Shown here: piece after piece, positions 46,763 to 55,861 of the stretch
Layout of the letters: each line of letters begins with the position of its first letter
Position numbering within the stretch: position 1 is the stretch's first letter
Assembly (NCBI GenBank): GCA_029070965.1
Contig: JAIEBI010000058.1
Coordinates: 14,135 to 78,134, forward strand
From: Clostridiales bacterium
GTDB lineage: Bacteria > Bacillota > Clostridia > Christensenellales > Pumilibacteraceae
Length of the DNA: 64,000 nt
Direction of reading: 5' to 3'
Made by a program: the position numbers and the translations under genes
Notes under the pieces: model-generated
What the model saw: the letters and a program-made list of their open reading frames with translations, nothing else
What the model was told of the DNA's origin: nothing
Databases searched by the model: none

Positions 46763-48995
46763 TCCTGACGGAACGGCGGAAAAGGTCACGCCCGAACACG
46801 TTTATCAGGGTAGCAACAACGTAATCGACATAACGGTCATAGCGCCGTATTCAATGAGTACGGCAATACAAATTGGGTTTATCCTGCCAAATGGTTTGTA
46901 CTGGACGAGCCCTGCGCCCGAAAACGCGCGGTATGCACCTATGGAGTTTGTCGGCCCGTCGGAGGAAAATGGCACCGCAGGCGCGTGGAGTTTTGTTTTG
47001 CCCATATCCGTCACGGAGCAGGTGGGCGAAGTGCAAGTGGCTATCAACGCAATTGGCACGACCGGCAACACAACCAGCTATCTTTGCCAGTTTACGGTCG
47101 AGGAGAGCGTATTGCCGAATTTGCCCGATGCGTCGCCTGAACCGAGTGTGTATGACCTCATACAGCAGTATTTGGCGCGACTTGATGGGAGGACTGCAAA
47201 CGTCCCGAACCTCGTTGCAAGCATACAAAAGGCAAGCGGCAATTCGTTTATATACACCGATAATAAGGGAGTAGTTAGTGCACCGATTGCATTGGGTGTG
47301 GTTGACTACGACCCAACATATGTTGGAGTGGTAAGCGTTATCGAACTGCCTGAGTCTGCATGGGGGTTCATTTATAACAGCGCTGGTACACTTATTGGCT
47401 ATGGGATCACAATACCTGCCGCTCAGCACGGTCAAATGCGAGACGGTGTTGCAGCTGAGGATTTGATGGTGAACTTCAAGCGTGTAAGTAGCGGCGGAAC
47501 TTATGGCCAATATAATGCGACCTATTCAATATCGCGGTCTGGGGATATTACTGTGACAAGCACCAGTATAGGCACGAATCCCGCACTCGTAGCAATCATA
47601 TGGAACGGTAAAGGACTTGCCGACGTCACGGCACGAAATGAGATTGCCGCGGAAACCACCGCGCGGGAAAGTGCCGATGCGAACTTACAACAGCAAATCG
47701 ACGAAATTGTAGACAGGGGCGTAGATAAAACCGCGCGAGAGCAGATAGCTGCGGAGATTGCCGCGCGGGAAAGCGCCGACGCGGAGTTACAGTCGGATAT
47801 CAATGCGGAGCGCACTCGCGCACAATCCGCCGAACAAGGATTGCAAAATGCCGTTAATACTAATGCGTCGAATATAGAGGAGCTGCGCGAGGATGTAGAC
47901 GAAATAGACAGCTATATCCCGTCATCGACGTCGGCAAGCAATAAACTTGCCGACCAAGCCTTCGTTAATTCATCCATAAACAATTTAGCGGCGTTTTACA
48001 TAACGAGTAACGCGCAGGGCGACGCTTTCACGACGCGGGCGGCTTTGCTCAGTGCAGCAACGTATTATTACGGCGGGCAGGCTCGTACTCCGACACAAAA
48101 CGACTACGCTATCGTATTGGCGGATGAAAGTCAACCGCTGGGCGTTGACGGGAAATATCCTACAACGCGGTATTCGTATCAAGGCTTAGCATGGAGCTTC
48201 CAATACGTACTCAACAACACGTCGCTGACGCAAGCGCAAGTCAATGCCATAAACAGTGGCATAACTGCCCAAAAGATAGCGAATATGGATGCTGCGACAG
48301 CGGACAAGTATACAAAACCGTCGAGCGGCATTCCTGAAAGCGACTTGTCGGAAACAGTGCAAGAAAAAATTAATAAAGCCGCGCCTGTGTATTCAGTCAA
48401 TGGTAAAACGGGCGCGGTAGCGCTTACTGCGGCGGATGTTGCGGCATTCCCTAATTCAGGCGGTACAGTAGACGGTAGCATAATTGTTAAAGGCGGTATT
48501 GTTCAGAGCGATGACGCGTTTAAGCTTACAAGAGCAAGCGGCGATACTTACTATTATGCCACGCGAACCGATACGGGTAATGAGATTAAGTTTGGCATAG
48601 GTAGTGGTGGCCAAAACCGTGGAATATGGGATGGTAAACTTAATAAGTGGGTTTTCCATATTGACAGTAGCGGGAAGGTTTATGTCAACGGTGTTGTGCC
48701 GTATTCGTCTAGTAATCCGCCGCAAAAGACAGGGGGTTTAGTCGATACTGCCGATAGGACAACGGTTCTAACTAATGCGTTTAATATTCATTTCTCAATA
48801 TCACTTACCAACTTGGGATTTACTGCAAATCAAAAGTATATTGGGGGAATGTTATTTATTTATGTAGGTGACGCATATGTAGTTGCTTATGTTGATAGTG
48901 AAAATAGCGCTATTGTAACTTACAATGGCGGGGTGGGGCAGACTACAACTGCACGAAGGTATCAATCCAGCTTACATTATTTTACGACGGGTTAG
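46746..48995 (+). CDS. Tail fibre / receptor-binding protein (BppU-like N-terminus)
   Basis: Heptad repeats AAETTARESADANLQ / AAEIAARESADAELQ; VYSVNGKTGAVALTAADV fibre motif. Confidence 0.75.
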   Translation: MVIFLNPDGTAEKVTPEHVYQGSNNVIDITVIAPYSMSTAIQIGFILPNGLYWTSPAPENARYAPMEFVGPSEENGTAGAWSFVLPISVTEQVGEVQVAINAIGTTGNTTSYLCQFTVEESVLPNLPDASPEPSVYDLIQQYLARLDGRTANVPNLVASIQKASGNSFIYTDNKGVVSAPIALGVVDYDPTYVGVVSVIELPESAWGFIYNSAGTLIGYGITIPAAQHGQMRDGVAAEDLMVNFKRVSSGGTYGQYNATYSISRSGDITVTSTSIGTNPALVAIIWNGKGLADVTARNEIAAETTARESADANLQQQIDEIVDRGVDKTAREQIAAEIAARESADAELQSDINAERTRAQSAEQGLQNAVNTNASNIEELREDVDEIDSYIPSSTSASNKLADQAFVNSSINNLAAFYITSNAQGDAFTTRAALLSAATYYYGGQARTPTQNDYAIVLADESQPLGVDGKYPTTRYSYQGLAWSFQYVLNNTSLTQAQVNAINSGITAQKIANMDAATADKYTKPSSGIPESDLSETVQEKINKAAPVYSVNGKTGAVALTAADVAAFPNSGGTVDGSIIVKGGIVQSDDAFKLTRASGDTYYYATRTDTGNEIKFGIGSGGQNRGIWDGKLNKWVFHIDSSGKVYVNGVVPYSSSNPPQKTGGLVDTADRTTVLTNAFNIHFSISLTNLGFTANQKYIGGMLFIYVGDAYVVAYVDSENSAIVTYNGGVGQTTTARRYQSSLHYFTTG

Positions 48996-49004
48996 GAGGA
49001 TGAC

Positions 49005-49307
49005 ATGCAAAGATTTTATGACGATATAACAGTACACGGTACGGTCCGCGCTGACAAGCTCTCAGGCGAGTTATCTGAAAGTACCCGCAAGCCGATAGAC
49101 GACCAAATTGCGGCGGCGCGCGATAAATTGGAAACGACGCAAAGCGCGTTAGCAGGGGCACAGGAAACAATAGACGCGCTTGTCGCAAATTACAACAACG
49201 CAATCAAAGTAATCAACAACCTTTCGGAGCGCATGGCGGCGCTCGAAAGCAACTACGACCCGACGGTAATAGGAGAGCCGCCGGCAATCAAAAAACAAGG
49301 AGAATAA
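49005..49307 (+). CDS. Coiled-coil phage protein
   Basis: RBS AGGAGG; heptad pattern. Confidence 0.65.
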   Translation: MQRFYDDITVHGTVRADKLSGELSESTRKPIDDQIAAARDKLETTQSALAGAQETIDALVANYNNAIKVINNLSERMAALESNYDPTVIGEPPAIKKQGE

Positions 49308-49309
49308 TC

Positions 49310-49816
49310 ATGAACACCATTTGGAACATTGTGGAACCTTATGTGCTTGCACTCGGCAGCTTCGTTACAGGCGGCGGGCTTATCGCTTTCATTGCGGCAT
49401 TTGTATGCAAACGCATTACGAACAAGGCAAGTGCGGCGTACGATATCCAAGCCCTTGCAAAGCAAATCGCGGATAAGCTTGGCGGCAAGACAATCGAGGT
49501 GGACATAACTTCGATTGTAGAAAAGCGGCTAAAAGAAATATCGAACAAGCTCGCCGCGCAAGTGGGTAAGGTCGCTGACGAAACCAACAGCTATAAGCCG
49601 CTACTTGTATGCATTGGTACAGCGCTTGCGCATCTCAAAATGTTGACAGATGATGAGCGCGCCGCACTCATTGCGGCGGTGCGGGAGCTCGACAAGGAGT
49701 ATGTGCCGCCTGCTAAAGAGGTAATCGCGACCATAAAGCTTGAGCCGATATCCGTTGCATCACCTCCTGCGTCGGACAATTCGCAAGAGCGGTCGCAGAC
49801 CGTGAATATGGAGTAA
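49310..49816 (+). CDS. Single-TM coiled-coil phage protein
   Basis: N-terminal TM helix. Confidence 0.7.
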   Translation: MNTIWNIVEPYVLALGSFVTGGGLIAFIAAFVCKRITNKASAAYDIQALAKQIADKLGGKTIEVDITSIVEKRLKEISNKLAAQVGKVADETNSYKPLLVCIGTALAHLKMLTDDERAALIAAVRELDKEYVPPAKEVIATIKLEPISVASPPASDNSQERSQTVNME

Positions 49817-49820
49817 TCCT

Positions 49821-50312
49821 ATGAAGATACGATACATATTGTTCACTATTCTGCACGCGCTGTTTTGCGCGGTTGTGCCGATAGTGTTTATATTCATTCA
49901 GTACGGCGATACAAGTGGGGGCTTACAATACAAGCTCCCACTTGCCGCTATATTGATAGTGGTGCTGGTGCTGATATTGGCAAAGAACACGCTACTGCGA
50001 CCGAGGATTACAAGAATGATCGCCGAGATCGCGCAGCACGAAGCGGACCTCAAAGTAGAGAGCGACAGCGGCAGGATTGCCAATCTTATATCTGAACTTA
50101 AACGAGAGCGGACGACCGAGGTCATTCTCAATGCGGCAGTGCCGCTACTTGTACTGTCGGCGTTGCTTATAGGCTGTAAGGCGCTCGAACGTTCGGCGCT
50201 TATGCTGTCCGGCGCAATTGGGTTCGCGCTTGCTTCGTATGCTGTTGGGACGGTATTCGGAGTATTGGCGGCGCGGCAGGTGTGGGCGAAACACGGAGGT
50301 AATGACAAATGA
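49821..50312 (+). CDS. Four-TM phage membrane protein (holin-like position)
   Basis: Four hydrophobic segments. Confidence 0.7.
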   Translation: MKIRYILFTILHALFCAVVPIVFIFIQYGDTSGGLQYKLPLAAILIVVLVLILAKNTLLRPRITRMIAEIAQHEADLKVESDSGRIANLISELKRERTTEVILNAAVPLLVLSALLIGCKALERSALMLSGAIGFALASYAVGTVFGVLAARQVWAKHGGNDK

Positions 50313-51166
50313 AAGAAAGCATTAGGCGGTTTATTCCGCTTGCAATAAGCGCAGTCACAATCATCGTTACGCTTATAGTGCAGTTCGCCGTATTCAGCAT
50401 AAACGATGAATTCAGTTGGTCGGAGTTTTTGCCGAATTTGATAATAAACATATTCTTGCTTGTGACAACGGCTGTTGTGTGGATCAATTCGGGAACGGAC
50501 CGCGCTAAGCGAGAGGAGAATTCCGCGTACAAAATCAATGCGGGAATATATGCCAAGCAAATTGCTGCAGTTACGGCGGATAATCGACTTGGTGAGTTGC
50601 GCGAGTTTTGCCGTATAAAGACTGAGGAAATGCGCGACAACAAGATTACGGTGTTGCTCGCCAATGTTGGGATTGACCGCAATACATACGATAGTGCGCT
50701 GTGTAAGCTTACGCGTATTGAACTCAAGGGCAAAAACTATACGCGCCGACAAATACGAACTATAAGGCGAATACAAGACGGTCGAGTGCGAGTCAAGCCA
50801 GTACGCGCAATGGATTTGCTGAGTGACAGCAAAACGCCCGACGACTGCGGCGTGAATTACGACGAGCAAACGGATAAGGCGTTGCGCATCTCATTCCGCG
50901 CGTTGCGCTCGGTATTTATAGCGCTTATATCGGCGTTGCTTGCAATCGATCCAGCGCAGGATATAACAAATATCGCAGCATGGGTAATGTTTTTCTTGCG
51001 GCTGTTTACAATCGTTGTTACAGCATATAACTCTGAACATGAGGGGTACGCCCGGATAACTGAAACCAAGAACAAGGTCATACTGCGTCGCATCGCGTTC
51101 TTGCACGAGTTCGACGAATGGGCGGGTACGCCGAGGTTAAACAAGGGCAACAGTCAGACTTCGTGA
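50309..51166 (+). CDS. 2+2 TM phage membrane protein
   Basis: Two TM pairs separated by a basic soluble loop; ATGA overlap. Confidence 0.7.
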   Translation: MKESIRRFIPLAISAVTIIVTLIVQFAVFSINDEFSWSEFLPNLIINIFLLVTTAVVWINSGTDRAKREENSAYKINAGIYAKQIAAVTADNRLGELREFCRIKTEEMRDNKITVLLANVGIDRNTYDSALCKLTRIELKGKNYTRRQIRTIRRIQDGRVRVKPVRAMDLLSDSKTPDDCGVNYDEQTDKALRISFRALRSVFIALISALLAIDPAQDITNIAAWVMFFLRLFTIVVTAYNSEHEGYARITETKNKVILRRIAFLHEFDEWAGTPRLNKGNSQTS

Positions 51167-51477
51167 TGCATTGATTTCAGTTTCAGTGCAAGCATTGCAA
51201 TTATTCTGCCGTTAAATAAACAACCGTTTTTGCCAATCGAGAGATAATCACGGATATGCTCGGATTGAGATATGGCATAAGCAATATCTCGTGTAATTGC
51301 GCGATATGTACAATCGTGATTGCGTGCTATTTTCTCATAGAGGTCTTGTAGCTTAATTATATAGTTCTCGCTTTTGATTGCTACGGCTTCTGAGAGAAAC
51401 GTAAAGCCCGATAGATGTGGTGGAACAGAGCTGTCGGAAACAAGTTCAATGGCACGTTTGTACAAATCCTTATTCAT
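51154..51477 (-). CDS. Stand-alone Spo0A C-terminal (DNA-binding)-like protein
   Basis: VPPHLSGFTFLSEAV..LYEKIARNHDCTYRAITRDIAYAI..NGRIIAMLALKL aligns with Spo0A [51 protein letters not shown]. Confidence 0.78.
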   Translation of the reverse strand: MNKDLYKRAIELVSDSSVPPHLSGFTFLSEAVAIKSENYIIKLQDLYEKIARNHDCTYRAITRDIAYAISQSEHIRDYLSIGKNGCLFNGRIIAMLALKLKSMHHEV

Positions 51478-51715
51478 CTTTTGTATATCCTAAATATAAT
51501 TTAAATATATTATAAATACAGGGAATGCGGAGATGGTTTTTTAAAAAGCACAAAAAGCTACAAAACATCACAAAACGCGGTAGCCTGATGGTTGCCGCGT
51601 TTTTATATTGATTATGTCAATTTTTATTAAAAATATAGATAAGTGTCAAAATATTACTTGACAACGGACTTTAAATTGTTAAAATTAATATATCATATAT
51701 TTGGAGGTAATTTTT

Positions 51716-51919
51716 ATGTCACTTGTGAATTTCCCGCCACCCAACACTAAGATTACTACACCGCCAACGCAACAAGAAGCGACACTTAATGTTGCTCAAC
51801 AGTATGAAAAGGCATCGAGTATTATTACTGATGTGATTGATGGAGTAAGGTATACAATAGAATGCAAAGAGAAAGGCAAAAAGCTTCCGCTTGATACCAA
51901 AAGTGAATATGAGAATTAA
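51716..51919 (+). CDS. Small hypothetical protein at the prophage right end
   Basis: RBS GGAGGT; promoter TTGACA (51658)-16-TG-t-TAAAAT. Confidence 0.55.
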   Translation: MSLVNFPPPNTKITTPPTQQEATLNVAQQYEKASSIITDVIDGVRYTIECKEKGKKLPLDTKSEYEN

Positions 51920-52035
51920 ATATAAAGTGTAATACTTTTTAAATTAAAATGTTACTAAAATGTTTCTTGGTATAAAAATACACAATATAAGGTGTTTTGC
52001 TTTATATGAAATATACCATATAATGTGTATGCTCC

Positions 52036-52054
52036 AATCCGGTCATCTCCACCA
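52036..52054 (+). repeat. attR core
   Basis: AATCCGGTCATCTCCACCA, identical to 18645-18663. Confidence 0.93.
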
Positions 52055-52063
52055 GAACGTAAC

Positions 52064-52102
52064 AAATCCGAACCAATCAAAAAAAGCGATTGGTTCGGAT
52101 TT
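52064..52102. terminator. 15-bp perfect inverted repeat after attR
   Basis: AAATCCGAACCAATC-9 nt-GATTGGTTCGGATTT followed by T-rich sequence. Confidence 0.7.
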
Positions 52103-52206
52103 TGTTTATAGTTCATGTATAACAAATAATAATATATAGCTTGACATTTTAAGTCAGTCCTTATATAATATTTTTAAATTAAAGTCGAATTTATGCAGGA
52201 TTGATT

Positions 52207-53022
52207 ATGGGAGAAAAAACAGGGATAAAAAGAAAATATATTTTGAATGTACCTACACTGCATTTTATTATTTATGCTGTATCAGCGGGGGTTGGCATAT
52301 TATCGAGTGTTTTGGTTGTTTGGCTTGGCTTTTTATATGAAAACGCCGTTATAAACTATTTTCTAAGCTTTACGGCATCATTAGTTATAACGCCAATTTT
52401 TGCATATTTTATTGATGTTTCCAACTCAAGAATACAGAAGACAACGCTTCAAGAGAAACGAGGGATGCTTCTTTATCCTATTGCTGGTTCAATTATGGCT
52501 ACATTATCAAGAATGGTAACTTTTTGTAACTATGATGAATTTAAGGACAAAGAAATCGATTTAAATAATATTGAAGAATGTACCCATATTATATTGGATA
52601 AGTACGTCATCGTCATAAGAAAATGGTGTAATCAAATAATTGATAATGAATTGCGTGATGAATATTTAAATTTTTGGAAATGGGAGGTAATAGGTTTTAT
52701 AGACATGGAAAAGCAACTGAAAATCATATTGGATAATCAGGTTGCATTGCTTTCAGAGGGTATTATGGATTTGATGGAAATCTATTCTCTCAATAGACTC
52801 TATGAAACTGTCGAGCAAGCGCGGTTACCTTGTTTTAAGGATCAAGATTGGAATACTAATACGTCTACGTTTAATTGGCCCACAGCCCCTATAGCGGAGA
52901 ATGATATTAATAATTTACACAAAGCTTTCACGAATTTCTTTTCTATGTTGAAACGGGCTATTGAAATCATACCTGAGTTTAAAATAATAAAAGAAAATCC
53001 AATAAAGACTATTGATGGATAA
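52207..53022 (+). CDS. AT-rich two-TM hypothetical protein
   Basis: Two N-terminal TM helices and a soluble helical C-terminus. Confidence 0.75.
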   Translation: MGEKTGIKRKYILNVPTLHFIIYAVSAGVGILSSVLVVWLGFLYENAVINYFLSFTASLVITPIFAYFIDVSNSRIQKTTLQEKRGMLLYPIAGSIMATLSRMVTFCNYDEFKDKEIDLNNIEECTHIILDKYVIVIRKWCNQIIDNELRDEYLNFWKWEVIGFIDMEKQLKIILDNQVALLSEGIMDLMEIYSLNRLYETVEQARLPCFKDQDWNTNTSTFNWPTAPIAENDINNLHKAFTNFFSMLKRAIEIIPEFKIIKENPIKTIDG

Positions 53023-53044
53023 AAAATATTAGTAGAGTATTACC

Positions 53045-53084
53045 AAAGACAGCGGATAGATTATTTACCCTATTCGCTGTCTTT
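53045..53084. terminator. Bidirectional terminator
   Basis: AAAGACAGCG...CGCTGTCTTT between convergent genes. Confidence 0.65.
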
Positions 53085-53378
53085 TTATAAGCTATTTAAA
53101 AAATGATTTAAAAGCTGTCTTTGTTCGGGAGTGAGGGCAGCAATTTTGTCAGCTGTGGTTTGTTTTGAGCGTTCTTTGGTTGAAAAGAATTCTTCAAGCG
53201 TTATTCCCAATCCCCAACAAATATGGTTTAGGTACTCTATTGTAGGGCTTTTTTTGCCGCGTTCCAACTGATAAATATAGGTAGGGGAAATACCTGCATT
53301 GTTAGCAAGCGCATTCTGGGTTAAATTCCGCGCTTCTCGTAATTCTCTTATTCGTTTTGCTATATCGTATTTTTCCAT
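53085..53378 (-). CDS. XRE-family HTH regulator (controller-protein-like)
   Basis: RIRELREARNLTQNALANNAGISPTYIYQLERGKKSPTIEYL; divergent from the methyltransferase. Confidence 0.85.
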   Translation of the reverse strand: MEKYDIAKRIRELREARNLTQNALANNAGISPTYIYQLERGKKSPTIEYLNHICWGLGITLEEFFSTKERSKQTTADKIAALTPEQRQLLNHFLNSL

Positions 53379-53397
53379 TTAATAGCACCTGCTTTTA

Positions 53398-53477
53398 ACT
53401 ATAGTAATAGTTTACGCACTATTGTCACATTATATTAAAACTATCGTATTGACAAATTAAAACTATAGTGATATAAT
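53398..53477. promoter_or_regulatory. Promoter with four ACTATnGT operator-like boxes
   Basis: TTGACA (53449)-17-TG-a-TATAAT (53472). ACTATAGT 53398, ACTATTGT 53418, ACTATCGT 53440, ACTATAGT 53462. Confidence 0.65.
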
Positions 53478-53512
53478 TATTTTACTAAAGTTCAAAATGA
53501 TTGGTGCGGCAT

Positions 53513-54526
53513 ATGGCGACAAAGACAATGACATCTGCAAAGCGAAATAAGGCGGATGAATTTTATACTCAGCTTAATGATATTGAGCAAGAGTTGAAAC
53601 ATTACAAGGAACATTTCTATGGAAAAATTGTTTTTTGCAATTGTGATGACCCGTATGAAAGTAATTTTTTTAAGTACTTTGCCATGAACTTTAATTTTTT
53701 AGGGTTAAAGAAGCTAATTGCTACTTGTTATGATACGTCACCGATAGCCTATACTCAGCTTTCGTTTTTTGGTGAAAATAAGACTATTCCAAACGGCAAT
53801 CGAAAGGCATATAAAATCGAAATTGAGCAAGTGGCTGATTACAACGGGGATGGTGCAGTTGATTTAAGCGATGTCGAGTGGTTACTGAAAAATAAGAATA
53901 ATACATTAACGATGTTAAACGGTGACGGCGACTTCCGCTCCGATGAGTGTATAGAACTTTTGGCGCAGGCAGATGTAGTAGTAACCAATCCGCCATTTTC
54001 GCTTTTTCGAGAGTATGTGGCACAGCTTATAGAATATGAGAAGCAATTTATAATTATAGGAAACAAAAATGCTATTACATATAAAGAAATATTCTCTTTA
54101 ATCAAAGCTGAAAAAGTCTGGTTGGGATATAGAAACATTAATGCGGATATGTGGTTTGTTGTTCCGGATAATTATGAATGTGAAAAAGTTATAGATGGAA
54201 AAAGATTGAAGCACATCATGGGGTGTTGGTTTACTAATATTGACACTACCAAAAGACATGAAAACCTAACATTATATAGGACGTATAATGCTGACGAATA
54301 TCCCAAATATGACAATTATGACGCAATCAATATTGATAAGGTATCTGATATGCCTTATGACTATGACGGATATATGGGAGTGCCTATTACATTTTTGGAT
54401 AAATATAATCCTGAACAATTTGAAATAATAAAGTTTCGCAAAGGAAATGATGATAAAGATTTGTCAATCAATGGAAAATGTCCCTATTTTCGTATTATAA
54501 TCAGGAGAAGAAAAAATGAAAATTGA
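53513..54526 (+). CDS. Adenine-specific DNA methyltransferase, EcoRI family
   Basis: KADEFYTQ, FCNCDDPYES, GDGDFRSDEC, VVTNPPFSLF (NPPF), GVPITFLDKYNPEQFEII. Confidence 0.9.
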   Translation: MATKTMTSAKRNKADEFYTQLNDIEQELKHYKEHFYGKIVFCNCDDPYESNFFKYFAMNFNFLGLKKLIATCYDTSPIAYTQLSFFGENKTIPNGNRKAYKIEIEQVADYNGDGAVDLSDVEWLLKNKNNTLTMLNGDGDFRSDECIELLAQADVVVTNPPFSLFREYVAQLIEYEKQFIIIGNKNAITYKEIFSLIKAEKVWLGYRNINADMWFVVPDNYECEKVIDGKRLKHIMGCWFTNIDTTKRHENLTLYRTYNADEYPKYDNYDAINIDKVSDMPYDYDGYMGVPITFLDKYNPEQFEIIKFRKGNDDKDLSINGKCPYFRIIIRRRKNEN

Positions 54527-55616
54527 ATTATATGAAATAGCAATCGCCGATATAGCAAAGAACTATATAGATAATGCTGAGGAGGGTGTTGTCGGCTATG
54601 ACGGAAAACTAAATATTCGCCCCAAATACCAGCGTGAATTTGTCTATGATGAAAGGAAGCGTAATGCCGTAATTAATACTATAATGAATGGTTTTCCGCT
54701 CAACGTAATGTATTGGGTGAAAAATGAGGACGGCACATTCGAGGTATTGGACGGACAGCAGAGAACTATCAGCTTTTGTCAATATATTAACGGTGATTTT
54801 TCGGTAAACAGCAGATTTTTCCATAATCTAACCGAAACCGAAAAACAACAAATATTAGACTATAAAGTGCTGGTGTATTTTTGCGAAGGTAATGACCGTG
54901 AAAAGCTTGATTGGTTTAGGATAATCAATATTGCCGGAGAGCGGCTAACAGAACAGGAATTGCGTAATGCTACATATACAGGGGCATGGCTTACGCATGC
55001 TAAATCTATTTTCAGTAAATCGAATTGTGCAGCTTATTTGTTGGCGAAAGATTTCGTGGGAGGGTCGCCTATTCGCCAAGAAATTTTAGAAACGGCGCTT
55101 GATTGGATAAGTAATGGAAATATAGAAGATTATATGTCTACACATCAACATGCACCAAACGCAAATGAGCTGTGGACGTATTTTCGCAATGTTATTGAAT
55201 GGATTAAACTGACTTTTATCAAATATAGGAAAGAAATGAAAGGTGTAAATTGGGGAGCATTATACGATGAATTTCACGAACAAACTTATGATACCGCACA
55301 ATTAGAACAAAAAGTCGCCGAGCTTATGGCTGACGACGATGTGGGTAACAAGAAGGGGATTTATCAATATATTTTGACGGGTAAAGAAAGGTTTTTAAAT
55401 ATCCGCGCATTTACCGATAGTCAAAAGCGGCAGGCGTATGAACGGCAAAATGGTACTTGTCCACATTGTGTGGCGGAACACCGAGAAAAAACACACTATG
55501 AAATTACAGAAATGGAAGGCGACCACATAACCCCTTGGTGCGAAGGCGGCAAAACAACCATCGAAAATTGCCAAATGCTATGCAAAGAGCATAATAGGTT
55601 GAAATCAAGCAGATAA
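54516..55616 (+). CDS. DUF262 (GmrSD N-terminal) + HNH endonuclease
   Basis: RPKYQREFVY, LDGQQRT, FRIIN..G..L, GDHITPWCEGGKTTIENCQMLCKEHNRLK. Confidence 0.88.
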   Translation: MKIELYEIAIADIAKNYIDNAEEGVVGYDGKLNIRPKYQREFVYDERKRNAVINTIMNGFPLNVMYWVKNEDGTFEVLDGQQRTISFCQYINGDFSVNSRFFHNLTETEKQQILDYKVLVYFCEGNDREKLDWFRIINIAGERLTEQELRNATYTGAWLTHAKSIFSKSNCAAYLLAKDFVGGSPIRQEILETALDWISNGNIEDYMSTHQHAPNANELWTYFRNVIEWIKLTFIKYRKEMKGVNWGALYDEFHEQTYDTAQLEQKVAELMADDDVGNKKGIYQYILTGKERFLNIRAFTDSQKRQAYERQNGTCPHCVAEHREKTHYEITEMEGDHITPWCEGGKTTIENCQMLCKEHNRLKSSR

Positions 55617-55861
55617 AATAAAACGGGTCTATAAACGGGGCGGGGGCTTATAATTGCTTAGACAACAATATGTACTCTTCACCAATAGAAAGGTTCAACC
55701 CTGTTGCTACTGTGTCCACCAAACAAAAGCACGCCTTTATGTCGTGCTTCATATTGATAAAAGCAGTGGAAGATAATTGGACTTTCATTGCTTTTTTATT
55801 GGGTATATGCTAAAATGTAACTACGATAATCAGTAATATAACAGTAAGCGAGGTAGACGGA

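Larger units (their letters stand above)
18645..52054. mobile_element. Temperate prophage (~33.4 kb) integrated in ssrA
   Basis: att direct repeats, adjacent tyrosine integrase, and ordered lysogeny-replication-packaging-head-tail modules. Confidence 0.95.

Noticed and set aside
52055-55616. Treating the R-M islet as prophage cargo
   Set aside because: It lies outside the exact 19-bp attR copy at 52036-52054.
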